This document shows, piece after piece, positions 40,546-51,441 of a DNA stretch of 64,000 nt (position 1 is its first letter; each line of letters opens with the position of its first letter). Source of the DNA: Candidatus Poribacteria bacterium. GTDB taxonomy: Bacteria; Poribacteria; WGA-4E; WGA-3G. The translations under genes and the position numbers were made by a program. Under the pieces are notes generated by a model that was not told the origin of the DNA, searched no databases, and saw only the letters and a list, made by a program, of their open reading frames with translations. The DNA is taken from contig OZ244048.1 in NCBI GenBank assembly GCA_965215265.1, positions 3,872,001 through 3,936,000 of the forward strand. Direction: 5' to 3'.

Positions 40546-41286
40546 ATGATAAAACCAAACGCATATTCTAAAATAAAAGCACTTACCTTTGATGTCTTCG
40601 GCACAGTTGTCGACTGGTACAGCTCCATTGTTGAAGAAGGTCAGAAATTCGGGAAAATTCACGGCATTCATGTTGATTGGGCACAATTCGCACTGAAATG
40701 GCGAGCCGGCTACGGCCCCGCAATGAATAAAGTTCGACACCGGGAATTGCCATGGCAGAACATTGATGCACTACATCGGCTCATCTTGGATGGACTCCTT
40801 GAAGAATTTAAAATAGACAGCCTGGACGAAACGGCGAAGGAGCATCTGAATCGAGTCTGGCACCGGCTCAAACCCTGGCCCGATGCAGTCAGCGGATTAA
40901 AGCGGCTGCGCCAGCGCTATATCGTCGCTACCCTCTCTAACGGCAATATCGCGCTTTTGACCAACATGGCAAAATTCGCAGCACTGCCCTGGGATTGTAT
41001 CCTCTCCGCCGAATTGGCGAATCACTACAAACCTGACCCGGAAGTTTATCACACCGCCGCCAATTTGCTTGGACTACAACCAAATGAGGTGATGATGGTT
41101 AGTGCCCATCCCGGAGACCTGCACGCAGCACAAGCAGTCGGATTTCAGACTGCATGGGTACCACGGCCCTTGGAATATGGTCCACATACGAATCAGGAAG
41201 CCAGAGCACAGCCAATAGACCTTGTCGCGAGTGACTTTAACGTGCTCGCAGCTCAATTGGATTTCGAAAGACAACACCCAGATTAA
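40546..41286 (+). CDS. Haloacid dehalogenase type II
   Basis: FDVFGTVVDW, LSNGN, YKPDP, SAHPGDL. Confidence 0.92.
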   Translation: MIKPNAYSKIKALTFDVFGTVVDWYSSIVEEGQKFGKIHGIHVDWAQFALKWRAGYGPAMNKVRHRELPWQNIDALHRLILDGLLEEFKIDSLDETAKEHLNRVWHRLKPWPDAVSGLKRLRQRYIVATLSNGNIALLTNMAKFAALPWDCILSAELANHYKPDPEVYHTAANLLGLQPNEVMMVSAHPGDLHAAQAVGFQTAWVPRPLEYGPHTNQEARAQPIDLVASDFNVLAAQLDFERQHPD

Positions 41287-41317
41287 ATTATAAAAATATC
41301 AAATTGGAGAATCAATT

Positions 41318-42343
41318 ATGAGCAAAATCCGAATCGCTTTTATCGGTTGTGGCGGGATGTCATCGCAGTTGCAACAGTGCATCCCGATGGTCCCAGAGTT
41401 CGAGTTCGTTGCTACATGCGACATCGTTGAAGAAAAAGCCGCTGGAAATGCCCGGAAGTTCGGGGCACTTCGTCATTATACGGATTACGACGAGATGCTG
41501 AAGAACGAAGAACTTTACGCAGTGGCTGTTGTTGGCCGTCCAGAGGATAAGCTGCACCGGGATATCGGGATTGAGTGCCTCCAACGCGGTTATCATATTT
41601 ACACGGAGAAGCCCCCTGCAACGACTGTCGAAGGCGCAAAGATGCTGGTTGATGCATCAATCCAGACCGGCAAAACCGGTATGGTCGGGACAATGTGGCG
41701 ACATGCACCCGCACATCAAATAGCAAAACAGTTGATAGCAGAAGATGACTTCGGCGCAGTGTCTCAATACCACACGCGATATCTTGCACCAAGCCCACGT
41801 CTTCGCGAGACAAAAAGCCCTTTCGCATGGCCATTCATGCTCGATCAGGCGATTCACCCAACCGACTGTATGCGGTTTTTCACCGGTCAAGTCAGCGAAG
41901 TGTTCGCGATAGGGACGATTGATGAAGCGAGCGGTACCGTCTCCATAGCGGTGAATCTACGGTATGAAAACGGCGGCATCGGCACGATGACGCTCGGGAC
42001 CGGCCCCGTTTTGGAGACGATGGTTTTCATTAAAGGCACAAACAACCAAGCCATTCAGGTTTTGGAGACGCGGACGCTGCGCCGCTATCGTGTCCCAACA
42101 TGGCTCGGCTCCGGCGGAGGATACGCAGATACGCCGACCGAAGAGTGGGATATTAACACAGCCATCCATAGCATCGGACGGCCCGGCTATCTAGAAGAGA
42201 TGCGCCACTGGGCAAAATCGCTACAAGATCTAACACAGCCACATGCAAGCCTTGAAGATGCATACCAGAACATGCGCGTTTTAAAAGCGATTAGCGATAG
42301 TGTTGAAACCGGGGCAGTCGTTCGGATAGAGAAGGACGCATGA
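41318..42343 (+). CDS. Gfo/Idh/MocA oxidoreductase
   Basis: IGCGGM, EKPPA, DQAIH. Confidence 0.9.
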   Translation: MSKIRIAFIGCGGMSSQLQQCIPMVPEFEFVATCDIVEEKAAGNARKFGALRHYTDYDEMLKNEELYAVAVVGRPEDKLHRDIGIECLQRGYHIYTEKPPATTVEGAKMLVDASIQTGKTGMVGTMWRHAPAHQIAKQLIAEDDFGAVSQYHTRYLAPSPRLRETKSPFAWPFMLDQAIHPTDCMRFFTGQVSEVFAIGTIDEASGTVSIAVNLRYENGGIGTMTLGTGPVLETMVFIKGTNNQAIQVLETRTLRRYRVPTWLGSGGGYADTPTEEWDINTAIHSIGRPGYLEEMRHWAKSLQDLTQPHASLEDAYQNMRVLKAISDSVETGAVVRIEKDA

Positions 42344-43254
42344 AAGTCGTTAACTTGTGGGCACCCCGTGTCAACCCGATAAAAATCCGCCGGCTTTACC
42401 GTTACGCCCGCTTAGGCATCTACGATGACGATATACTACAGGTTGTCGGCTGGGAGCTCTACGTCCGTTGTAATGACATTGCAACGGTTGCAGATGTCTT
42501 CCGGGACGGCCGTGTCCCTTGCCCCCAATGCCAGACAAAAGTGAAACGGAAGATAGATCCGCTGTTTAAGGGCGGTGACGGTGGCACCCATGTCAACTGG
42601 TTCCATTGCCCGCACTGTAGCAGGAGATTGCTATGGCAAGACTGCCGGGATGCCCTACGCAAAAACCCCAGGTGTTTCGATTGCCGCACACTGCTAACAG
42701 GAACAGCGGAGTTGACATGCACTTGCGGTAAAAAATGGGAACAAAAAACTTACCGGCGTTCCCTCGCCAACCGCGTACGTCTACCTTGTCCAAATTGTCT
42801 TCACGTGATCCGCAGACCGGAGATGTCCGTCACTCGATACACTATCAAAAAACGAGCAGCCCGTGATGAATTGCAATGTCCTCGGTGCAACCGTGCAGCC
42901 ATTCATGAGAAAGGCTCTATTCTGTGTCATGCATGCGGTTATCAACGTCGATGGCGGGATTACCGGAAAAGTTTGAAAAGACGGGATGAAAAACTCGAAT
43001 GCACCGGGTGCGGATACACGTTTCGATGGCAGGCCTGGCGTAAGAGTGCCCGTTCGCTTAGAACCGGTAACCCCAAGCCTGCACGTCAATTCGCTGAAGG
43101 TTGGCCAAGGTGTCGCACCCCTCAAGCGCGTATGATACAAATTGATACGCTACTTCAGGCACTGCACGGACGAGGCGCATTAGCCCCCCTATTTATTGAT
43201 GGAAATGAGCAGAGCATCCGCGAAATGCTCGATGAATTCGCAGTGCAAGCCTGA
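42340..43254 (+). CDS. Basic multi-zinc-ribbon protein of unknown function
   Basis: Seven CxxC plus one CxC; ATGA overlap with the upstream gene. Confidence 0.75.
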   Translation: MKVVNLWAPRVNPIKIRRLYRYARLGIYDDDILQVVGWELYVRCNDIATVADVFRDGRVPCPQCQTKVKRKIDPLFKGGDGGTHVNWFHCPHCSRRLLWQDCRDALRKNPRCFDCRTLLTGTAELTCTCGKKWEQKTYRRSLANRVRLPCPNCLHVIRRPEMSVTRYTIKKRAARDELQCPRCNRAAIHEKGSILCHACGYQRRWRDYRKSLKRRDEKLECTGCGYTFRWQAWRKSARSLRTGNPKPARQFAEGWPRCRTPQARMIQIDTLLQALHGRGALAPLFIDGNEQSIREMLDEFAVQA

Positions 43255-43303
43255 CCGCTAGCTTGCTCTTTCTGGATCGAACCTCAGGAGCACAGGCAAA
43301 CAG

Positions 43304-44149
43304 ATGAATTCCAAAAATAAAACAGATTCTACGCTTGCTGAAGATATTGGCAGTTCATCCAGTACGACAGCCGAAAAACTTCCGCACAACCGAATCGTAT
43401 TAGGCGACTGTTTAGACATTTTGCCTTCCTTCCCCGATGCAGTTTTTGACTGTTGTATCGCCGATCCCCCGTTTAATCTCTCGAAAAGGAAAGGGTTGGA
43501 CTGGGCATTTAGCTCGCATGTCACAATGCAGGAACAGTGGGATATTTTCGCGAAGGACGACTATTTCCAATTTACCGTTAATTGGATGACTGAAGTCCTG
43601 AGGGTACTAAAACCGAATGGAAATCTATTCGTTTTTGGCTCATTTCACTGCATCTTTACAATCGGGTTTATTCTACAAAACATGTTTGACCGCCGGATTA
43701 TCACGCAAATTGTTTGGTATAAACCCAATGCCCAACCTAATATAACGTGTCGAATGTTTACCGAATCTACCGAATTTATCATTTGGGCAGTCAACAATGA
43801 AAGCAAAAAAGCAAAAAATTGGACCTTCAATTACCCAACGATGAAGGCAATGAACAACGGTAAGCAGATGCGAAATATGTGGGAAATCCCACTAACAAAG
43901 CCATCCGAACGGAAGCATGGGAAGCACCCAGCACAAAAACCTTTAGCAATCATCGAACGGCTTATTTTAGCCGGAACTCATAAAGGAGAACTCATTCTCG
44001 ACCCATTTTCTGGAACTGGAACCACGGCGGTTGCTGCTGAAAAACACAATAGGGAATGGATAATGATTGAGAAGGAGAAAGCGTACAACCAAATTGCTCA
44101 GAAGCGAATCGATGCGTCGTTCACTACACCCCCTGACAAGCGGAGTTAG
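43304..44149 (+). CDS. Orphan beta-class DNA amino-methyltransferase (DpnA-like)
   Basis: ADPPFN precedes HPAQKP and DPFSGTGTT; GKQMRNMW. Confidence 0.92.
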   Translation: MNSKNKTDSTLAEDIGSSSSTTAEKLPHNRIVLGDCLDILPSFPDAVFDCCIADPPFNLSKRKGLDWAFSSHVTMQEQWDIFAKDDYFQFTVNWMTEVLRVLKPNGNLFVFGSFHCIFTIGFILQNMFDRRIITQIVWYKPNAQPNITCRMFTESTEFIIWAVNNESKKAKNWTFNYPTMKAMNNGKQMRNMWEIPLTKPSERKHGKHPAQKPLAIIERLILAGTHKGELILDPFSGTGTTAVAAEKHNREWIMIEKEKAYNQIAQKRIDASFTTPPDKRS

Positions 44150-44252
44150 GGGGGCATCCTTCATTACTGACAAGCAGGGCTAGAGGGGTGCCTTAGACGG
44201 TCCCCAAACCTGTTTCGGCGTGCACGTGTCAAAATAGGACCATATCTCACAC

Positions 44253-44712
44253 TCACCGGAAACCGCTGTGGGGGTCCGCGTACGAGGGTGAATACCGGTG
44301 GCGATTGGCGACACGCACGAGACGTGGAGAATAGTACCAACACCCGCCACGCAACACGCGAGATGACTTAGCATTTCTGAAGTTGTTTACAAGTGCATCT
44401 AGATTCGCAGTCGTATTTCCACGCACGCCACTCAACGGATTCCGAGACGGAGACTCAGAATAGAAATCCGCATCATACTCGTCCAGACACCACTCCCACA
44501 CGTTCCCTGCCATGTCGAACAGCCCATATCCGTTCGCGGCATAAGTCCCTACTAGCGTCGTATCGCCACCGTAGTTTGCACGCCCATAGGAAATCGTATT
44601 CCCCCACGGGTACTCCAGACCCGCCTTACCACCCCGCACTGCTCTCTCCCACTACGCCTCCGTCGGAAGACGTTTACCCACCCACTGCACATAAGCCATT
44701 GCACCATACCAC
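44253..44712 (-). pseudogene. FGE-sulfatase (formylglycine-generating enzyme-like) domain remnant
   Basis: KRLPTEA*WE (in-frame TAG), YPWG, NGYGLFDMAGNVWEWC, RVLRGG, GFR* in place of GFRC; N-terminus missing. Confidence 0.88.
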
Positions 44713-45081
44713 GCTGGATGCTCCGCCTTACCCAAAGGATAGTTATTACTGCTCCAAAAGTAAAAAATAGACGAACACATTTTAGACGAAAACAACACTT
44801 TTTGCCATTTTTTTTCTGCCTGACTCAAAGGGTGTTTTGCATGATCGTGCAATCTCTTTTTTTCTCAAATTTTCGTAGAGTTGATTCTGATTCAATCTGT
44901 TTAAATTCGAATTTGGGCTTGAAATTTATGTGTTTATTGTGTAAAATGCTGGTACGCAAAATAGAAACCCTTCGATAGGGTTGCAAAATACCTGAACAGA
45001 GCCGAGAGTTTAGTAGTTGTGTAGATTTTGTTAGCGAGTAAACAGATTTTAGAGATTGGCTGAGCTAAGGAGAGAGTCATA

Positions 45082-46125
45082 ATGACAGAAATAAAGGAAC
45101 TGCACATATCCAACGACGCAATGAACCATCCTGAAGAATTACGTCTCCGGATGTCAGAAGAGGGATATCTCTTTTTTAAGAGGCTGCAAAATCCGGACAA
45201 ACTTTGGGCACTGCGGCGAGAGATGCTAACGACAATCCAATCGGGCGGCTGGATTGTCGCCGGTACAGACGCGATAGATGGCATTGCTGATATCTCCAAG
45301 CAATGTACCGAGGGAGATGTCGGCTACACAGATGTATACCACGAGGTCTATAAGCTAGAAGCGTTCCACAGGTCAGGTCATTGGCCAGAGGTTGTCGGGA
45401 TGGTAGAGAAGATTCTGGGCAGGCCCGTACTACCGCATCCACAGAAGATTGCCCGTCTCTGGTTTCCCAAATACACCGCCCATACTACACCGATACACCA
45501 AGACTTCGTTCACTTCCAAGGGAATTTCGAGACATATACGTGTTGGGCACCTGTTGGGGATTGTCCAATTGCGTTGGGCGGTTTAGCAGTCTTGCCCGGT
45601 TCGCATAAAGTCAATAAAGTACTAGACCACCACTTTTCACTGGGTGCCGGCAGCTTGTGTGTGAATACGGACGAATTATCAGGGGACTGGCACTCTACTA
45701 ACTATGAAATTGGAGATACATTAATCTTTCCAGCGTTGACTGTCCACAAGGCACTCCCTAATTTGACCGAAGACCGGCTCCGCGTCTCGTTGGACAACCG
45801 ATACCAGGCAGTCGATGACCCAATTGCTGAGCACATGCTCGAACCACACCTGAACATCTTCAATACGCTCCAATGGGCGGATGTTTACCGCAACTGGGAA
45901 TCTGATGAACTCAAGTATTATTGGAAGGAACACGAACTCACCGTAATTCCGAGAGATTTCAGTTACGGGAATAAAGGGTTTGAAGAAGCTTTAATGTTAG
46001 CTAGAAATGGCGATGAACGTGCAAGACTGCACTTAAACCGCATCATCAAACGGGATGCTACAACTGAACAAGCGAAGTTGGCAGCGGCGGCTCTGCTGGA
46101 AGTAGGTGCAAGTGCCACAGGTTGA
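45082..46125 (+). CDS. Phytanoyl-CoA dioxygenase (PhyH) family protein
   Basis: EEGYLF, TPIHQD, LPGSH, HKALPN, RVSLDNR. Confidence 0.9.
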   Translation: MTEIKELHISNDAMNHPEELRLRMSEEGYLFFKRLQNPDKLWALRREMLTTIQSGGWIVAGTDAIDGIADISKQCTEGDVGYTDVYHEVYKLEAFHRSGHWPEVVGMVEKILGRPVLPHPQKIARLWFPKYTAHTTPIHQDFVHFQGNFETYTCWAPVGDCPIALGGLAVLPGSHKVNKVLDHHFSLGAGSLCVNTDELSGDWHSTNYEIGDTLIFPALTVHKALPNLTEDRLRVSLDNRYQAVDDPIAEHMLEPHLNIFNTLQWADVYRNWESDELKYYWKEHELTVIPRDFSYGNKGFEEALMLARNGDERARLHLNRIIKRDATTEQAKLAAAALLEVGASATG

Positions 46126-46150
46126 TTATGTGACCTCAGCCTTGTTAACG

Positions 46151-46164
46151 TGTTAATATTAACA
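46151..46164. promoter_or_regulatory. Perfect 14-bp palindrome, possible operator
   Basis: TGTTAATATTAACA about 100 bp upstream of the dehydrogenase gene. Confidence 0.4.
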
Positions 46165-46265
46165 AAGTCAACTCCCACGTTTTACTGTGGGAGGATGCCT
46201 TTTCTCTCTGCGTTGCCGCTGGGAGTTTCAGGCGCAATTTAAAACAGAACTCGGGGGTAAAAAAT

Positions 46266-47282
46266 ATGAAAGTTGCAGCAATGTTTGGTAACGGCAAGGG
46301 GGGCTTGGTGGACAAACCAACCCCCCGGGCAGCAGCGGATGTCGTTGTTGTCAAAATTCATGCAGTTCCGATGTGTACAGAGTACAAAGGGTTCAAGGGT
46401 GAGCATACCGGAGATAACTTTGGACACGAAGCAGCTGGTGAAGTCATTGAAGTTGCACAACCGGGGCGCGTCAAGGTAGGAGATCGCGTCGTGGTGCAGC
46501 CACAGAACGGCTGCGGTAAGTGTTCGTTGTGCGTCGCTGGTGAGCACATTCACTGCCAGCACGGGCGGCGGGTCCGCGACATTGTCGGGACAGATGTCGC
46601 CTCAGCAACCTACGCCCAATATATGCACAAAATAGACGATTTGCTCTGCCCAATTCCAGACGGCGTGAGTTATGCACATGCCGGCATGGCATGTTGCGGA
46701 TTGGGGCCAACATTCGGCGCGATGGAGCAGATGCAAGTCAATGCATTAGATACAGTGATGGTTACCGGCCTGGGACCTGTCGGCTTAGGCGGCATTATCA
46801 ATGCACACTATCGTGGTGCACGTGTCATCGGCGTCGAGAGCCATCCATATCGCGCAGAACTCGCGAAGAAGTTAGGCGCAGAAACCGTCCTAGACCCATC
46901 AGAACCTGATATCCTAGAACAGATTCATGACTTAACAGACGGCAGCGGCATTGACAAAGCAGTGGATTGCTCCGGCGCAGCCGCCGCGCATCGGTTAATG
47001 GTAGATGCCGCCCGGAGAAAAGGACAGGTCACGTTCGTTGGAGAAGGCGGCGAATTTCCACTGGGGGCAAGCCGCGATATGATCCGGAAAGGCCTCGTCT
47101 TGCGCGGGAATTGGCATTACAACCTCGGACATTATCCTAAACTGATGAAGGTGATTCAAGATTTACCCCACCAGCTTGACACGTTCATTACCCATACCTT
47201 CCCAATGCGCCAGGTGCAACAAGCATGGGAATTACAAACGACCGGTGAATGTGGCAAGGTTGTCCTAGACCCGTGGGCGTAA
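46266..47282 (+). CDS. Zinc-dependent alcohol dehydrogenase family protein
   Basis: GHEAAG, CGKCSLC..HC, GLGPVG. Confidence 0.92.
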   Translation: MKVAAMFGNGKGGLVDKPTPRAAADVVVVKIHAVPMCTEYKGFKGEHTGDNFGHEAAGEVIEVAQPGRVKVGDRVVVQPQNGCGKCSLCVAGEHIHCQHGRRVRDIVGTDVASATYAQYMHKIDDLLCPIPDGVSYAHAGMACCGLGPTFGAMEQMQVNALDTVMVTGLGPVGLGGIINAHYRGARVIGVESHPYRAELAKKLGAETVLDPSEPDILEQIHDLTDGSGIDKAVDCSGAAAAHRLMVDAARRKGQVTFVGEGGEFPLGASRDMIRKGLVLRGNWHYNLGHYPKLMKVIQDLPHQLDTFITHTFPMRQVQQAWELQTTGECGKVVLDPWA

Positions 47283-47363
47283 TTTGTGACGTGTTTGAAT
47301 CACTTATTATCTGGATAAGATTTCCAAGTTAAGACCTGTTCACGCGGTTAACTTTTTGACTGA

Positions 47364-49517
47364 CTAGAGACTCAGCCGATACGTAGTTTTGCTCAAAACT
47401 GTCCATTCACGCACGGCAATCCCTGCTGAGGTAACCCATGCCTGAGCGTAGACGAGGTAAAAGTCACTGCCTGGGCGATAAATGTAATGGAACAAGAAAT
47501 TCGTGCTCGCACGCTCTGCCGCATCGTTCCACTGCACGTACAGTTTGGTAAAAAAACGAGTATTCAGTGCATAACTAATACGCGTCCCGACAACGTTTGT
47601 CGTTAATAGTTCTGTTCGGGGCAGGTCAATCCAATTCCGCTGGTAGTGCATCTCGAGCGCGAATTGATACGTCATCCGCCATTGGCTATCAATGTCGAAA
47701 CTCAGGCGGTTACCGTGAAAGTAATCTCCGTAATTCAGACGGCCAAATACAGCAAACGGACGACTACTTTCAGTGAAGGTCCGTAGAGAAACCTGGTTCA
47801 TCTCGTAATCTCCCGCTGGAATCTCAACATCCCCAACGGAGAAAGGCTCCTCTACCTGGTCAAACGTCCGCCGGATATCAACGCTGAATCCATCGTCAGA
47901 GTCTCTAAACAGACTGCTACCAATCCGGGTATCCCATCCGATTAGGTTGTTATCGTGGTCAAGTACGTAACTACCTGAGAGGCTCGCGGTAATATTTCTT
48001 AATAGATGCTGCTCGACTTGCGTTTCATAGCCAGCGTTCACCATTAGCGACCGGATATCTCTGCGCTGCATGAACCCCATTTCGCTGGTAAATTCCGGAC
48101 CGATGTCGAGATAAGATGCATTGAATCGGAAATGCTTGTTGCGCCAATCATTAGAGAGATACCATGCCAAATCGCGTTCGTCCGACCGTGGCGACCAGCT
48201 CCCAACTGTCATTGTACGCATCCGCCATTGCGGATGCGGTCTAAAAAACAGATCCAGTCCACCATTCCGATGATAACCATCCCCAAACCCCCTCTGCCGA
48301 TTGGTAAGGATAAAACCGATGCTTGAATCGATGAGAATGTCTCGCTGCATGCGGAGGACAGAAAAGTTCGTGAGAGGCGATGCTGCTGAAGCTTCAGTCG
48401 TCATATTCAGCGCGCCGACACTGTACGCCCCGACCTTGCCGGTTAGTTTACCACCCCCGAGCAGCCGAACCTGTTTATCCTCTACAATACCGATGCGCCG
48501 ACTGTAGAAAACCGACAACGGCGGCGGACCAAAATCTCCAACGCCTGCTCCAAAGGCGAAGAGACCGCTCCCTTCAAGAAAAAAATCGCGCCGCTCCGGG
48601 AAAAACAGATCGAACCGTGTCAAGTTCACTTCCTCACGATCTGCCTCAACCTGTGCAAAGTCCGTATTCAACGTCAAATCTAAGGTGAGATTCGACGTTA
48701 CACCATATTTCATGTCGAACCCAACGTTGCGCTCTCCTATATACCCCGAACCTACCTCGTCAAGATTTCTCACCAGTCCCCCGAGCAGATACGGTTTGAC
48801 ATCGAAATATGATGGCGACGCAATCTCTTGTAGCCCGCTCAACTTCCCTTGATAGGTCGGATGATAGGTGCCGGGCCAACTCTCACTTCGCGGCACAGGT
48901 ACCCATTGCGCAGCGCCATTCGTTCTCATGATATTCCGTCCAAAATTAATGCCCCAAACCATCGAAGCCCTCTGTTTGAAACGCAGCTGATTGAAAGGTA
49001 TAGCAATTTCAACCGTCCACCCATTAGCGTGTTTTCGACCGGCGGCCTCCCAAATGCAATCCCAGCTCCCGTTGAGATTTTCGCCGCCGTCTGTCACCGC
49101 AGTATCTGACAACGCCCCGAGTGCATTCGTCCGAAAAAAGAAGCACTGCCGTTTATCACGATAGGTGTCTAGCATTATGTAAACGTTGTCATTCTGCCAC
49201 AGTTGTCCGTCGCGCCGCATTTCATTCGCCACAATCTTTTCAGGTTGAGAATCATAGCACTCAAAAGCGACGTAAAGTTTCTCTGCATCGTACAATATAC
49301 GAACCTCTGTACGTTCACTAATCGGTTTACCTTCATCCGGAAATTGTTGGACAAAATCATCTATCACTTGTGCACGCGCCCAATCTTTCTCGTTAAGGTG
49401 TCCATCAATCTCAAGCGTCTCTCCGGTGAAGAACGCCTTAATTTCCTTGTTCGCCCCGGCATTTAGGTTTATCGCAACAATGACAACGCATATCAAAAAA
49501 GCAGTCCGATAAAACAT
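47364..49517 (-). CDS. CBM9-like + DUF5916 outer-membrane protein (paralogue of 30794-33016)
   Basis: RBS GAGGAG before ATG 49517; signal peptide; NTDFAQVEAD, ERRDFFLEG, FYSRRIG. Confidence 0.88.
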   Translation of the reverse strand: MFYRTAFLICVVIVAINLNAGANKEIKAFFTGETLEIDGHLNEKDWARAQVIDDFVQQFPDEGKPISERTEVRILYDAEKLYVAFECYDSQPEKIVANEMRRDGQLWQNDNVYIMLDTYRDKRQCFFFRTNALGALSDTAVTDGGENLNGSWDCIWEAAGRKHANGWTVEIAIPFNQLRFKQRASMVWGINFGRNIMRTNGAAQWVPVPRSESWPGTYHPTYQGKLSGLQEIASPSYFDVKPYLLGGLVRNLDEVGSGYIGERNVGFDMKYGVTSNLTLDLTLNTDFAQVEADREEVNLTRFDLFFPERRDFFLEGSGLFAFGAGVGDFGPPPLSVFYSRRIGIVEDKQVRLLGGGKLTGKVGAYSVGALNMTTEASAASPLTNFSVLRMQRDILIDSSIGFILTNRQRGFGDGYHRNGGLDLFFRPHPQWRMRTMTVGSWSPRSDERDLAWYLSNDWRNKHFRFNASYLDIGPEFTSEMGFMQRRDIRSLMVNAGYETQVEQHLLRNITASLSGSYVLDHDNNLIGWDTRIGSSLFRDSDDGFSVDIRRTFDQVEEPFSVGDVEIPAGDYEMNQVSLRTFTESSRPFAVFGRLNYGDYFHGNRLSFDIDSQWRMTYQFALEMHYQRNWIDLPRTELLTTNVVGTRISYALNTRFFTKLYVQWNDAAERASTNFLFHYIYRPGSDFYLVYAQAWVTSAGIAVREWTVLSKTTYRLSL

Positions 49518-49735
49518 CTTTTCTCCTCTATTTGGGTCGTTGAAAAAAATAAGAAAGGCAACGTGTTTTGCAGCAGCCACAGTCTCCTCTCCCATTTGTC
49601 AAAACTGAAATTTTTCTCACCACAATTAATTAAACCCAAAAGTTTTGAAAAGATTCATTGATTTATTGATAAAAGTGAGCGAAAGGGATGCCTTACCGGT
49701 CGTGCAATTCGGTGTAGGACACTAAATGGAGATGG

Positions 49736-50824
49736 CTACATAGAGACACATTTTTTCATCAGGTTTGTCAGTGCTTCCTGCACTTGAGACTCGGAGTCTG
49801 CATCCAAGGCGGAGGTTGCCTCATCGAGAATTAGAATCTTCGGGATCTCTAATCAGCACGCGCGCAATTGCTACGCGTTGCCGCTCACCCCCACACAATT
49901 GGACACCTCGCTCGCCAATCTTGCAATCATATTTCTCTGGGAGGTTCATGATGAAGTCGTGGGCGTTTGCGAGCTCAGCGGCGGCGGCAACTTTATCGTG
50001 TGACACAGCATCCGGATTCGCAGTGCCGAGACGAATGTTATACGCAATACTATCGGCAAACAGATACGGTTCTTGAAAAACGATGCCGATATGGGCACGG
50101 AGCGATTGAAGTTGTATCTCTTTGATCGGCATAGCATCTATCAAAATCGCCCCCTGTTGGGGCTCATAGAATCTCGGAATTAGGCTGATTAGTGTGCTTT
50201 TGCCCGCACCACTGTGGCCAACAATCGCGACGGTTTCACCCGGTTCTATCTGAAAGTTCAGGCCTTTCAAAACCTGTTGCTCTTCGTTGTACCCGAAAGA
50301 GACATAGGAACTAAGACATTCACCCCAATGAGCATCAGAGAGAACAAACATAACTGCCAACTGATGAAGATGATGATACTCATTGTTATAGTGAGCAGGA
50401 GAGCGTTGATGATATAGTCACCGGCGAAGACACCAAAACCTTCTACCGCTTTCGGGGTATCTGATGTAAATATCGCCATCACGTATCCGGTTTGTTGACT
50501 GTCGTAAAATCGGAATCCTAATTTGCGGAGGCGGTGGTAAGCATCAAGTTGGATGTCTTTAGAACCATTTTCTGCGACTCTTGATGGGAAGTGAACAACT
50601 CCAAGTGCGAAAAAGTACATGCCCACTGCAGTCAAAATCCAAAGCCCACACGTCGGGAGAAGCATGCCAGCGTTTTCTGCCAGAAAGACATCGTCAATCA
50701 GCCACTTCTCAATCCAAGGCAGAAAGAGATTGCTGCCGGAGTAGCCTAATGAGGATAAAATAAAGAGCACTTGAAAGTGCCAATAAGGTTTCAGATACGA
50801 CAATAATCGTCGGACATCTTTCAT
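49736..50824 (-). pseudogene. ABC exporter (TMD+NBD) pseudogene
   Basis: The TMD N-terminus jumps out of frame into the NBD (GHSGAGKS, LCGGERQR). A second shift occurs before [12 protein letters not shown], then a premature stop. Confidence 0.88.
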
Positions 50825-50863
50825 CTCATGTACCTTTTTGCACCGAATATGCCTGAGAGAATT

Positions 50864-51441
50864 CAATACCTTCGCCAAAAAAGAGTTGAATAAATAGGAC
50901 AAGTGTCCTAAAGTTATGGATGATAAAAACTATAACTTTGAAAGGAGACTTGCCCATGCCTATGGCGGCGCCCACCCACTGGGTCGTCTGCATTCTCAAG
51001 ACGAACAACAAGACACACCAGAAGGCACACGTCTTATTATTCAGCAACGACTTGACGCTGGAGACAGAGAAAATGATCGATTATTACGCACTGCGGTTTC
51101 AAATCGAGTTCAACTTCCGAGACGCAAAACAATATTGGGGGCTCGCGGATTTTATGAACATCAAACAGGCTCCGGTAAACACTGCCGTCAATCTCGCTAT
51201 GTTCCTGGTCAATGTCTCCGCAAAACTTAGGGCTCCCTTTGAGTTAGCGCACACCGACTTTAGCGTTTTAGACATCAAAGCACGGTATCGCTGTTTGAAG
51301 TTTTTAGCGAAAACCTTAAAAAGACTTCCGCAAAAACCCCATCCTATTGTTATTCAAGACATCACTGAACATATAGCGGCTATTGGTGCTATTCATCAAA
51401 TACAAACCACATCGATACCGGATAATTTGGCGAAGGTATTG
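50864..51441 (+). mobile_element. 578-bp internally deleted IS (IS4/IS701-like DDE) with intact ends
   Basis: Perfect 16-bp TIRs CAATACCTTCGCCAAA/TTTGGCGAAGGTATTG; 6-bp TSD AGAATT (50858-63, 51442-47); only the transposase C-terminus remains (YALRFQIEFNFRDAKQ). Confidence 0.92.

Noticed and set aside
44247-44255. TGA at the conserved Cys of GFRC as selenocysteine
   Set aside because: The gene also has an in-frame TAG, a second TGA two codons later and no N-terminus, so decay is the simpler explanation.
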